Below the pieces are notes generated by a model that did not search any database, was not told the DNA's origin, and worked only from the letters and a program-made list of their open reading frames with translations. Below, in pieces: positions 48,429-57,441 of a stretch of 64,000 nt of DNA. Source of the DNA: a virus (Duplodnaviria > Caudoviricetes); the IMG/VR virus record IMGVR_UViG_2731957577_000001, positions 96,001 to 160,000 of that record; one strand, written 5' to 3'. The stretch's first letter is position 1, and the number at the start of each line of letters is the position of its first letter. The position numbers and the translations under genes are program-made.

Positions 48429-49016
48429 ATGGTAGAGTGGCCAGAGCTTGAATATGTCACGTTGGGTGACGCAGCCGAGATTCTCAAGGTGCCTGCGCCA
48501 ACTCTTCGAGGTTGGGCAGACAAACTGGAGGAACTCGGGGTACATATGCTCCAAAGAAATCATCGGAAAGAACGAATATTCACAAAACAAGATCTGGAGA
48601 TCTTCGAGTTTATCAAGCAACAAAAGGATCTGTATGGCCGGAAGACCACAACGGTTGACTTGGCCATGATGGTGAAGAATCGGTTTGAGTGTCGGAGTGT
48701 AGAGTTGCATCCGGAACTCACGGAGTATCAGCCAAGACCGGATTTCACGCCGGCCACCGCGAAGGCCATCTTGGAACACGAGGGATTCCAGCAGCTCATG
48801 AATGCGATGGTCAACGCTGCGGCGGAAAAGGCGGTAGAGACGGTGAGAGAGGAAATGGAGGAGGAGAGACGCAAGTTCTGGGACGAGTATCAACGCCAGA
48901 GGGCAGAGGACACAGACTTTCTGCTGAACAAGATCAAAGAGAACAAGGAGCTGTACCAAGAGATCATTCGACTACAAAAGAGACCACTGTGGAAGCGGCT
49001 CTTCGGAAAAGAATAG
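48429..49016 (+). CDS. MerR-like HTH plus coiled coil plus amphipathic tail (RacA/TubY/pSK1-Par-like)
   Basis: GDAAEILKVPAPTLRGW...R....ERIF; C-terminus KRPLWKRLFGKE. Confidence 0.75.
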   Translation: MVEWPELEYVTLGDAAEILKVPAPTLRGWADKLEELGVHMLQRNHRKERIFTKQDLEIFEFIKQQKDLYGRKTTTVDLAMMVKNRFECRSVELHPELTEYQPRPDFTPATAKAILEHEGFQQLMNAMVNAAAEKAVETVREEMEEERRKFWDEYQRQRAEDTDFLLNKIKENKELYQEIIRLQKRPLWKRLFGKE

Positions 49017-49018
49017 GG

Positions 49019-49046
49019 GAGGGGCAGAAACGCGCCCCTCTTTTTT
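49019..49046 (+). terminator. Intrinsic terminator
   Basis: GAGGGGC/GCCCCTC stem plus T6. Confidence 0.7.
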
Positions 49047-49130
49047 ATGGATGAATGATAAAAAGATTCATTGGATAAGAGAATCATGATTATGGGATAC
49101 CAATGAAAAAGATTCTATGAAAAAATATGC

Positions 49131-49391
49131 TCAGCGAATCGGTGAAGTAGGGAAGGGATTTGGTGGGGGAGGATAGCTGCCCGCGTGTGACTCTTCGTCG
49201 AGAAAGATGACACGATAGAGCTGGCCAAAGCCCTGCATGACATCCACCACAGCGCTTGCATACTCCTTCATCTGAAGGTCGGATACCTCAATCGTCAACT
49301 CATCAATCTTGACGGTGGACGGATTCTGGCTGAGGACGGAAACGCGAGGGAGGTCAATGTGAAGTCCTTTGAGAGTAAACTTAGTGTTCAT
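49131..49391 (-). CDS. Hypothetical protein
   Basis: ATGA overlap; RBS. Confidence 0.55.
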   Translation of the reverse strand: MNTKFTLKGLHIDLPRVSVLSQNPSTVKIDELTIEVSDLQMKEYASAVVDVMQGFGQLYRVIFLDEESHAGSYPPPPNPFPTSPIR

Positions 49392-49669
49392 TGAGGGTCA
49401 CGCTCCTTCTGAGGTCTGTGAGAGGTCGTGTTTGACCTACGAATTTCGTCTTGGTTCTGAGATAGAACGTCATTGTAATACCGATACCCAGTGCGGGTGG
49501 CCTTAATCAGCAATTCCGAGCTCGTTCGCATCGTTATGACGTATCCTCGATCCTCAAGTAGCATCACCTGTGGGAGAGTTAGGCCATACTTGGCCAAAAG
49601 GCTCAAGGAAACCCAATGGTTCCGTTGCTTGGCATAGACCAGAACAAGCGCGAGATCCCGAAGGTTCAA
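49388..49669 (-). CDS. Small winged-helix-like protein
   Basis: LEDRGYV...I.AT..GY pattern; similar to 63146-63358. Confidence 0.5.
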   Translation of the reverse strand: MNLRDLALVLVYAKQRNHWVSLSLLAKYGLTLPQVMLLEDRGYVITMRTSSELLIKATRTGYRYYNDVLSQNQDEIRRSNTTSHRPQKERDPQ

Positions 49670-49675
49670 CAGATG

Positions 49676-50047
49676 TCACCTCCCGGATCCCTTCACCACG
49701 GGAATCTCTAGCTGCTGTCCAGGATGTAGGACCGAGGGGATATGTTGATGCTTCTCGGTGAGATAGATGAGATAGTTCAAGTCCGCGTTGTGATTATGTG
49801 CTGAAATGAGACCATAGAGGGTATCGCCGGGCTGAACCGTCACCGTCGTCCAGGTAACGTGGCTGGCCGACACTGGGGGACGAAGCCACGCCCACGCAAA
49901 TACGAGGACGAACCCTACGAACAGGGCAAGGGAGAGCGCCAGACCCGAGTAGCGGCGCTCCTTACGCGGTGTGGACAGTGGAATCCGACGCGTCTGCGGC
50001 AAGTACCTCGCGTACCCGCGATTCAAGCTGAGTGCGGTCTTTGACAT
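49676..50047 (-). CDS. Membrane-anchored LysM protein (YneA-like)
   Basis: TM segment, then VTVQPGDTLY...LHPGQQLEIP. Confidence 0.8.
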   Translation of the reverse strand: MSKTALSLNRGYARYLPQTRRIPLSTPRKERRYSGLALSLALFVGFVLVFAWAWLRPPVSASHVTWTTVTVQPGDTLYGLISAHNHNADLNYLIYLTEKHQHIPSVLHPGQQLEIPVVKGSGR

Positions 50048-50174
50048 AGTACAGAAACCTCGCTTTCACATAGGGTAAAGCTCCAGATTCCACGATGAGT
50101 TCCTGGTTATTCGAAAGAACGGCGACTACGCAGAAGCCATTGGTTTGCTTGCGAATGAAGAACCGCTTGACCAT
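49962..50174 (-). CDS. Hypothetical protein
   Basis: TAAGGAGG RBS. Confidence 0.5.
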   Translation of the reverse strand: MVKRFFIRKQTNGFCVVAVLSNNQELIVESGALPYVKARFLYYVKDRTQLESRVREVLAADASDSTVHTA

Positions 50175-50197
50175 ATGCGACCCTCCTTAGTGACATT

Positions 50198-50223
50198 CCC
50201 CAAAATCCGCTGATAAGCGGATT
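50198..50223 (-). promoter_or_regulatory. Hairpin element
   Basis: Plus strand: CCCCAA-AATCCGCT-GATA-AGCGGATT. Confidence 0.6.
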
Positions 50224-51083
50224 CTTAAAGCCGGACATTGACATACGAACCTTTGACCTCCCGCAGAGGCGACACATAGGCCTGACAGACGGAAGAAGGC
50301 AGGGGACAAAGTGGCTGAGAAGGAATCGGGATCACAACGAGCATGGTGGGAACCAAGGGTAGGGGAGGGGGCAAGGCTGGCGTCGATTCCTCGGATTCCC
50401 GAAGGGCCTCCTGCAAGATGCGTTCAAATTCACTGGTCATGCATTTCAACTCCAAGAGGGGTCAAGAGTCGGGGAGGAGCAACCAAGAACTGACAACTAA
50501 AAAGCGAACAAACCGGGGTGAAAATACGAACATCATGTGAACTTTTTAAGAAGGAAATATCTAGGGTTCATTTTCCATAGGTTTGACCGGTCTTAATGGT
50601 TTATAGAGAGGCTTCGAACAGGGAGGGAGATGACGAACCGTGAGTTCCATGAAACCCGAGTTCAAAGAGAAAAAGAACGTCATCCCCCAAAACCCCAGTG
50701 ACCTTGAGGAACACCCGATCCAAGCCAAAAGCAGGAGATGAGACCATGAGAACCCGAGGACCATGAAGCACAAACGCATGAAACCTCCAGGCCGGGGCCA
50801 TCGTATGCCCTTTTCCAGGGCGGAGGCATTGGGCTATACATTGGGGTGGGCTGACAGGAAGGATGGAGGCTTCATTCTCAACATGTCGCTGAATGAACTC
50901 AGAATATCCGCCGCGCGCACCGCCGGGCCGCCCTTGCAAATGGGGTTCAGCTGAATACATTTAAGAGATAGCCGGACCTGCTAGAACCATCACAAGTACC
51001 AGTCACAGTCAATACAGTCACCTCCAATTGGAAAGGTGGGTCCGGCTTTCTCCCAAAAACACGCGTACATAATTGGTCCATCG

Positions 51084-51575
51084 TCACACCATTTCCGATT
51101 CTAACAAGCGAGAAACCGCCTGGTTAGCCAGTTCATCGCAGCGTTCATTGTATTGATTTCCCGCGTGGCCTTTGACCCAAACAAAGCTCACATCATGCCC
51201 GCCATCTTCGACGAGGGACACAAGTTCTTGCCAGCACTCGGCATTGGCTACAGGCTTCTTGCTGGCGGTTCTCCAGCCATGCTTGCGCCAACTGGCCAGC
51301 CAGCCGCGGTTGAAGGCAGAACAGACGTATTCAGAATCGGAATACAGCGTGACCTGACATGGCTTGCGGAGCGATTTTAGACTCTCGATCACCGCACGCA
51401 GTTCCATACGGTTATTCGTGGTCTCTTTCTCCGCACCGCACTTCTCCAATGTCTTACCCGTAACTTCATCCTCAATGACGAATGCCCATCCTCCCGGACC
51501 AGGATTGCCTTTACAGGCTCCATCGGTCCAAATGTTTACACGACGCAAGAAAACGCCTCCTTTGGTTAAGATCAA
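51084..51575 (-). CDS. rnhA: Ribonuclease HI
   Basis: TDGACKGNPGPGGW, TTNNRMEL, SDSEY, WVKGHAG, NERCDELA. Confidence 0.95.
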   Translation of the reverse strand: MILTKGGVFLRRVNIWTDGACKGNPGPGGWAFVIEDEVTGKTLEKCGAEKETTNNRMELRAVIESLKSLRKPCQVTLYSDSEYVCSAFNRGWLASWRKHGWRTASKKPVANAECWQELVSLVEDGGHDVSFVWVKGHAGNQYNERCDELANQAVSRLLESEMV

Positions 51576-51626
51576 GAATGCGGGACCAAAGGCCCCGCAT
51601 TATGTTTCAAGGTCAAAACGATAAGT

Positions 51627-52073
51627 TCAATTCTCAGTACCCTGCCGAGCCGAAATTAGCTGTTTTTCTAGCCATTGCACATAGGACATAGGCGGGGTGC
51701 CTTTCGATGAACCCCGAGACTCCAAGAACTCGTCAAAGAGACGCATCGAATCGTCCTTCAGGACTTCAAACAGATGATCATTCTCCTCCGAGTATGAGAG
51801 ATACAAGCTATCCTCATAGGATTCGGGATAGTAGGGTGTTTCACTGCACCGAAGGGTCGGATTTTTATTCCGATCGAAGTACACAGGCTTCTCAAGGCTC
51901 TTGTTGTACTCTACAAACTCTTTGAAGCTAAACACCACATAGACGGAGTCTTCGATGCCCAGAGCTTCACTGGCCTCGATGACACGCGCCAGCATTCCCT
52001 CCTCGAAGTAGATGTCAAACTGCTCGATGCCTTCCTTGAAACGCACGATAGGATGGACACCAGACCGAACCAT
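51627..52073 (-). CDS. Hypothetical protein
   Basis: Likely start MVRSGVHP. Confidence 0.6.
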   Translation of the reverse strand: MVRSGVHPIVRFKEGIEQFDIYFEEGMLARVIEASEALGIEDSVYVVFSFKEFVEYNKSLEKPVYFDRNKNPTLRCSETPYYPESYEDSLYLSYSEENDHLFEVLKDDSMRLFDEFLESRGSSKGTPPMSYVQWLEKQLISARQGTEN

Positions 52074-52276
52074 GTCTAGGAGTTCTAAGCCCCGCACGAA
52101 ACACCACCTCGTAGCCAATTCGCATTGGGCGGACTGAAATTGCTTGTTCTCATGGTCAAAGGCAACGGAAAAGAACCCTCTCGATTCAGGAAGGGGGAGA
52201 GGACTACAACTAGCAAATAAGACCAAAAGTACAAGAATAGAATAAAGCATCACAAGTATACATGAATCCCATCCGT

Positions 52277-52402
52277 TCAGAAAGGCAAATCGTCCTCGGT
52301 ATAGTCCTCCGATGTGACGGGCGGGTCCGAAAACAATTCTTGAAGGATACGTACCCGCTCGTCGTCATCAAACAGCTCAGGATCCTGGAACCGCGCCGAC
52401 AT
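52277..52402 (-). CDS. 41-aa acidic peptide ending in the SSB-tail motif DDLPF
   Basis: MSARFQDPELFDDDERVRILQELFSDPPVTSEDYTEDDLPF; TGATG overlap with a small upstream ORF. Confidence 0.55.
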   Translation of the reverse strand: MSARFQDPELFDDDERVRILQELFSDPPVTSEDYTEDDLPF

Positions 52403-52582
52403 CAAATCATCCCTTTGAAATGCACTGCATACATGCGGATATAACAAAGAATAGGGTAGGGGAGCACAAGCAATACGCCAGAGCACCAACCAAAGTGACG
52501 AAATCCAAAGAAACGGTACGTTCTCTTTCTACGACTCATTTGCAAACCCCCTTCCCCATGAAGCCATGCAATCTAAGATGGA

Positions 52583-52999
52583 TTAACCCCAAGTGTTGTT
52601 GGGTACGAAACCAAAGGGCGGATATGACTGCGCTCCCGATGCCACTGGCTGATTCGATGAATCTGTAGGATTCGAAGTCTCTGCGCGGTCCAGGAACCGC
52701 ACATTCTCAGCAATGACCTCTGTGACACGCACACGCTGGCCCTCTCGATTCTCATAGCTACGCACCTGGATCCGGCCATCGACGGCGGCTAGACGGCCTT
52801 TACGCAGGTACTGAGCGCAATTCTCGGCCATCTTGGACCACACAACGATCGGGATGAAGTCCGTCTCCGTCTCTCCGTTTTGATTCGTGCGGGGACGGTC
52901 GACGGCCAGTGTGAAAGACGCGACAGCCGTCCCGCTGTTCGTGTAACGCAATTCAGGATCGGCGGTCAGACGACCAATCAAGACAACACGATTCAACAC
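52583..52999 (-). CDS. ssb: Single-stranded DNA-binding protein (no DDLPF tail)
   Basis: [32 protein letters not shown]. Confidence 0.95.
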   Translation of the reverse strand: MLNRVVLIGRLTADPELRYTNSGTAVASFTLAVDRPRTNQNGETETDFIPIVVWSKMAENCAQYLRKGRLAAVDGRIQVRSYENREGQRVRVTEVIAENVRFLDRAETSNPTDSSNQPVASGAQSYPPFGFVPNNTWG

Positions 53000-53044
53000 G
53001 ATCTCATCATCTCCTCTGTTACTACTAAGACGGAAAACTATTCA

Positions 53045-53064
53045 CCAAAAATGCCGATAGGCAT
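53045..53064 (-). promoter_or_regulatory. Hairpin element directly after a terminator, upstream of ssb
   Basis: Plus strand: CCAAAA-ATGCC-GATA-GGCAT; terminator GCGGC-TTCG-GCCGC-TCTTTTTT at 53065-53086. Confidence 0.6.
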
Positions 53065-53112
53065 AAAAAAGAGCGGCCGAAGCCGCATATAGGGAAGGAG
53101 ATAATGAACTGC

Positions 53113-53538
53113 TCACGGGTTGTCATCCCATACGGCACCGCCGGAAATAGAAGAGTCATACGAGTACGATGGGGCCGAGCTGCTGCCTCCCGAGTGAGAG
53201 GCCCACACAGCGAATCCAATCACGATGCCCAGACAGATGAAGAAGACCATGACACAAACCCAACCTAATGCCTTAACACTCGGCGGTGCATTCTTATACT
53301 CATTGTGGCGAAAGACGAAAAAGAACATCGTGATAATGGCTACAGCAATCATCTCCGGAGCAGTCATATTTGTGAGATGCATGCCATTTTGTCGCCGATC
53401 CCGAAGGCGCTCCTTCTCCCGTTGAATCTTGCGCTGACGACTCGCGCGCATCGCTCGACGAACCACATAATGCCGAAAACCATAATAACCAGGCCCGTGG
53501 CGGCTCACCCAAACCCCTCCCAAAATGGAAATCCCCAC
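53113..53538 (-). CDS. Membrane protein
   Basis: Two hydrophobic segments. Confidence 0.5.
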   Translation of the reverse strand: MGISILGGVWVSRHGPGYYGFRHYVVRRAMRASRQRKIQREKERLRDRRQNGMHLTNMTAPEMIAVAIITMFFFVFRHNEYKNAPPSVKALGWVCVMVFFICLGIVIGFAVWASHSGGSSSAPSYSYDSSISGGAVWDDNP

Positions 53539-53775
53539 TCATCGTACATTGTATACGACCAGGAACGAGCGCGACAAGAAACATGCTATAGATTCGCCAT
53601 TGTCCGAGTGATTTATAGTAACGAAAAACTCTCCTTACAACCCGATCTTGGCAATCTGCCTGAGTTCATCAAGACGATGGACCCTACCTGGTTCACCCCG
53701 AAAACCACTGAGGATCAAGAGCAGGCTATCCAAGAGGACATATCGGATGGATCCGGTCAATCCAATCCCTGATCT

Positions 53776-54408
53776 TCACGATGGCACCTCCACACACTGT
53801 CGATTCATGAGTGGCTCTACACACACCAAAGGAACGGGGCAGGCGGAGACAAACGCATCAAACCGTGCATCCAACCAAGGAGGCGTCCAAGGGGATGAGC
53901 GGCATACAAACACCCGGTCAAAGACCACAGGGACCTTCAATCCATCGTCATACTGCCGATCCATCTTCACGGCAGGCTCTTTATTCTCTGGAATCACTTC
54001 TCTCCACTTTGGGTATCGCATATGGACTTTGGCCAGTGGATAACCAATGAGCCAATCATCACAGTTGAAGAATCCGCGGAAGCAGGCCTCCCACACATCC
54101 CCTTGATAGCCGCCATCATGATGGGCGTCAAAGAGCCAAATCTCATCGACAAGATCCACCCAATCTTCGCGATAGGCATACCGGTTGCTGTCTGCATAGT
54201 AGCCGGAGGCGGCGGGAGAGAACGTAAACCGATCCCAAAACCCAATCTCCATATCCAGAGTATCTGGGAGTCTCCCAAACCACTCCATCAACTCAGGTTT
54301 GCGCTTCTCCCAATAGTCCACCATGAACTCCTTGGTCTCTCGCCGGCCTGTGCTACACCGGGGATCCATGAAGAAGTAGTCCCAGTCAACGACCAATAGC
54401 TTCAACAC
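53776..54408 (-). CDS. Arginase-fold/UPF0489-like metal-binding protein
   Basis: VDWDYFF, FDAHHD, C..W, FVCRSSPWTPP. Confidence 0.6.
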   Translation of the reverse strand: MLKLLVVDWDYFFMDPRCSTGRRETKEFMVDYWEKRKPELMEWFGRLPDTLDMEIGFWDRFTFSPAASGYYADSNRYAYREDWVDLVDEIWLFDAHHDGGYQGDVWEACFRGFFNCDDWLIGYPLAKVHMRYPKWREVIPENKEPAVKMDRQYDDGLKVPVVFDRVFVCRSSPWTPPWLDARFDAFVSACPVPLVCVEPLMNRQCVEVPS

Positions 54409-54766
54409 ATTCGCCTCCACAAGGGAACGCCAGATTGACGCCGCGGATCGTGATTCCGTCGTCATTCAACGTGAAGCGGAAGTCTCCGAACAAAGACCGA
54501 TACACATACACATCGTCATCCATGTGCGAAAAACGGAGACTGAATATCGCGTACAAATCGTGTTCATCAGTGCTGCGAACCGAGAACTTAAACGGCCAAT
54601 TGCGAAGCACAGACTGCATCAAATACTCTCGCGCTTCGTCCTGGGACGTGATCACATCACCAAGAACCACAAACTCATCGTTACCCTTCGCTTGAACCTG
54701 AAATAGCATGCGTTTCACCTCAGAAAGAAAGAGGGTAGTATCGATATACGACCGCAATAGCTCCAT
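54386..54766 (-). CDS. Hypothetical protein (MELLRSY N-terminus)
   Basis: GAGG RBS. Confidence 0.6.
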   Translation of the reverse strand: MELLRSYIDTTLFLSEVKRMLFQVQAKGNDEFVVLGDVITSQDEAREYLMQSVLRNWPFKFSVRSTDEHDLYAIFSLRFSHMDDDVYVYRSLFGDFRFTLNDDGITIRGVNLAFPCGGECVEAIGR

Positions 54767-54776
54767 GAAATGCACC

Positions 54777-55022
54777 TCATGGACGGCGGGGATAGGCCCA
54801 CACAAAACGGATTTCATCAAGAGGGAAATACATACGTGTATTGTCCTCCACCCGAATCCCGATCTCCCGCCTTGAGAACCAAAACAAATCTCCTCGATAC
54901 CGCCGACCATAATGAACAAATACGATCCGATCTCCTTGTCGTAATCGACACCCGCTAATCTCTATAAAATCGGGCGGGAGAGCCTCTGCCAGATAGGGCT
55001 GAATCAACTCCGTAACCATCAC
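54777..55022 (-). CDS. Small SH3/Sm-like barrel protein, MEL-family
   Basis: TELIQPY...GDRI...Y.G.L...I...FPL..I. Confidence 0.6.
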   Translation of the reverse strand: MMVTELIQPYLAEALPPDFIEISGCRLRQGDRIVFVHYGRRYRGDLFWFSRREIGIRVEDNTRMYFPLDEIRFVWAYPRRP

Positions 55023-55024
55023 CC

Positions 55025-55267
55025 CTAATCAATCAACAACCGACCATCCTCACTAACCCACCCAAGGCGGAGGGCGAAGGCAAAAGCCACAGATCCATTC
55101 CCATATAACACCGCGGTACCATCTCGAAAATGCTCCATCATGTCAGGATATACTAACTTGAATAACTCCGTAGGAGACAGGTTCATCACGTCTTTCCGCT
55201 TGTACCCGAGGTAGGTCACCAAGTGCGCGCGGCAACACCGGGCCAGATGCCTCTCCAGTTCCTCCAC
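55025..55267 (-). CDS. Hypothetical protein
   Basis: AGGAGG RBS before GTG; the longer track start lies inside the IS. Confidence 0.55.
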   Translation of the reverse strand: MEELERHLARCCRAHLVTYLGYKRKDVMNLSPTELFKLVYPDMMEHFRDGTAVLYGNGSVAFAFALRLGWVSEDGRLLID

Positions 55268-55350
55268 AATGCCACCTCCTATCCTGAAGACTAAAGTCTC
55301 TCGATCCACAAAATATAATGGCCTTAAGAATTTAGACACGAAAAAAGGAT

Positions 55351-55665
55351 GTGTTAAGTTGTATGTCAGCGATACGAAGGAACCATCCTCCGGAATTCAA
55401 GGCCAAGGTTGTACTGGAAATTTTGCGAGAAGAAAAATCGATTTCCGAGCTGGCTTCCGAGCATGGGATTCACCCCAATGTCCTTCAGCGGTGGAAAAAT
55501 GATGTCGTTCAAAATCTGGCGCAACTTTTTGTCGATGATCGCAAGGGCATTACGAAAATGAAAAACGAATACGAACAGAAAATCAACCAACTCTATGCGG
55601 AGGTGGGAAAACTTACGACACAGAACGCATGGCTCAAAAAAAAATCTGGCCTCCCGATTGACTAG
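55351..55665 (+). CDS. IS3 transposase OrfA
   Basis: EFKAKVVLE...SELASEHGIHP HTH; ends at an A9 slippery site (WLKKKSG). Confidence 0.9.
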   Translation: MLSCMSAIRRNHPPEFKAKVVLEILREEKSISELASEHGIHPNVLQRWKNDVVQNLAQLFVDDRKGITKMKNEYEQKINQLYAEVGKLTTQNAWLKKKSGLPID

Positions 55666-56521
55666 ACAAGAGCGTTTGGCATTGCTGGATTGGGATTGTA
55701 CCGAACTGCCGCTCAGTCAACAAGCAGAGCTTCTCAGTCTCAATCGATCCAGTTTGTATTACCAGCCAAGACCGCCGTCGCCGGAAGAAGTGGCCATCAA
55801 ACATGCCATCGATCGGATCTATACCCAATACCCGATGTTCGGTTCAAGGCGCATCACTGCGATTCTCAGACGGGATGAAGGCTTCCGTGTTCACCGCAGC
55901 ACGATTCAGCGTTATATGCAGGAGATGGGAATATCCGCCATCTATCCCGGTCCCAATCTCAGCAAGCGTCATTTGCAACATCGCATTTATCCGTATTTGC
56001 TCCGCGGTCTGGACATCGTCCGACCGAATCAGGTGTGGGGCATTGATCTGACTTACATCCGATTGCAGCGCGGCTGGATGTATCTGGTCGCCGTCCTGGA
56101 TTGGTATTCCCGGTATGTCGTCGCCTGGCAGCTGGATCAGAGCCTGGAGATCGATTTCGTCCTGGAAACGGTGAAAACCGCTTTGGCTGTGAACAAGCCT
56201 GAAATATGGAACAGCGATCAGGGCAGCCATTTTACCAGTCCACAGTACATCGAACTGTTGAAAGCCGAACAAATCCGCATCAGCATGGATGGGAAAGGAC
56301 GGGCTGTGGACAACATTTTCACCGAACGGTTTTGGCGCAGTCTCAAATACGAGGAAGTCTATCTTCACGATTACGCCAATCCGCGAGAAGCTCGAAAAGG
56401 CATTACCCGGTACATCGAACTCTACAATCATTACCGGCCTCATCAATCCTTGAACAATCATACGCCGGCATCGATCTACTGGGGAAACGTGCAACTGCCC
56501 GATCTGGTTATCCACAGGTAA
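55595..56521 (+). CDS. IS3 transposase OrfB (DDE), expressed by -1 frameshift
   Basis: W..DLTYI, NSDQGSHF, DNIFTERFWRSLKYE. Confidence 0.93.
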   Translation: MRRWENLRHRTHGSKKNLASRLTRQERLALLDWDCTELPLSQQAELLSLNRSSLYYQPRPPSPEEVAIKHAIDRIYTQYPMFGSRRITAILRRDEGFRVHRSTIQRYMQEMGISAIYPGPNLSKRHLQHRIYPYLLRGLDIVRPNQVWGIDLTYIRLQRGWMYLVAVLDWYSRYVVAWQLDQSLEIDFVLETVKTALAVNKPEIWNSDQGSHFTSPQYIELLKAEQIRISMDGKGRAVDNIFTERFWRSLKYEEVYLHDYANPREARKGITRYIELYNHYRPHQSLNNHTPASIYWGNVQLPDLVIHR

Positions 56522-56711
56522 GCCTGAATACAAGGCGGGCTCCCGCGCTTCGCTTGGGCTATGTCCGCCACCAGTGGACAGTCTCACTATCCATCATATT
56601 CCAATTATGGAATCCGAGAATGGGGGTAAGATAAACAAAACAAAAGACTTTGTGAAAATATTCACCCCTTAATTTTTTTGAAAATCTGTCTTGACAAATA
56701 GGGCCACCTTA

Positions 56712-56916
56712 AAACGAGGTCGCGGGGAATGCCATATATCCAAGGACGCTCTTTCTGAACCTCAATCTCAAAAAGCTCTTGGTTATACGAGAGCAACTTC
56801 CCCTTTAACACTTTGACCTTCGCATCCCTGATATAGCCGTCTATATACTCAACACGAACCATATCTCCAACCTCAAAGGTGCGCCTGCATTCAAGATACT
56901 CTTGAACCAACTCCAT
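56712..56916 (-). pseudogene. MEL-family barrel gene interrupted near its 3' end by IS3
   Basis: Removing the IS restores IPRDLVL-WIERL* (stop at 55291-55293). Confidence 0.75.
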
Positions 56917-56953
56917 ACACATTTCTCCTTCACAAATCCCGAAGGGCATTACA

Positions 56954-57202
56954 TCACCAAGGCTTATCCAGCTTCTCTATCGAGAGAAGAAGGGCGCGGG
57001 GAAGGGCATACATGCAATGATACTTATTCCTCACATGAATCGTTTGATCATCATAGTCCACCAACTCACCCCGGCATACGTTCACCTTGGATAAACCCCG
57101 AAACACTTCTATGTACGCTACACGAACCATGTCTCCAACCCTAAAGTACCGGTCACACAGGATACACCCATCCCGTTGAAGATACTCACTGACTAGTTCC
57201 AC
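56954..57202 (-). CDS. MEL-family SH3/Sm-like small protein
   Basis: MELVSEY...F.VGDMVRV.Y...G.LV.YD...LPR.LL.SIEKL. Confidence 0.7.
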   Translation of the reverse strand: MELVSEYLQRDGCILCDRYFRVGDMVRVAYIEVFRGLSKVNVCRGELVDYDDQTIHVRNKYHCMYALPRALLLSIEKLDKPW

Positions 57203-57440
57203 ACGTCATCACCTTACTCACAGACACCAAAAGCCTTATCGGAATCCTCCTTGCCGTATCTTTACCCTCCAGCCATATATCCTCCTCATCAAACTCCACT
57301 AGCTTGCCCCGAAACACACGCTGTTTAATACCGTGCGGGGATAAATCAAAGTACACCACACCCACGGTCTCACCACGCTGAACATAGCAACCATTTAGGA
57401 CAAAGCTCTTGTCCCTTATGTATTCACGAACTAGTTCCAT
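57186..57440 (-). CDS. MEL-family SH3/Sm-like small protein
   Basis: MELVREY...GETV.V.Y...GKLVEFD...IPIRLL.SV.K. Confidence 0.7.
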   Translation of the reverse strand: MELVREYIRDKSFVLNGCYVQRGETVGVVYFDLSPHGIKQRVFRGKLVEFDEEDIWLEGKDTARRIPIRLLVSVSKVMTCGTSQ

Positions 57441-57441
57441 A

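Larger units (their letters stand above)
55314..56711 (+). mobile_element. IS3-family insertion sequence (1398 bp, 3-bp AAA target duplication)
   Basis: Imperfect IRs TATAATGGCCTTAAGAATTTAGACAC and reverse-complement TAAGGTGGCCCTATTTGTCAAGACAG; AAA on both flanks. Confidence 0.9.

Noticed and set aside
50500-50545. LexA (Cheo) boxes upstream of the YneA-like unit
   Set aside because: Only CGAAC half-sites are present, with no correctly spaced GTTC partner.
50561-50960. Competing short ORFs on both strands
   Set aside because: None has a convincing motif, so the region is left unannotated.
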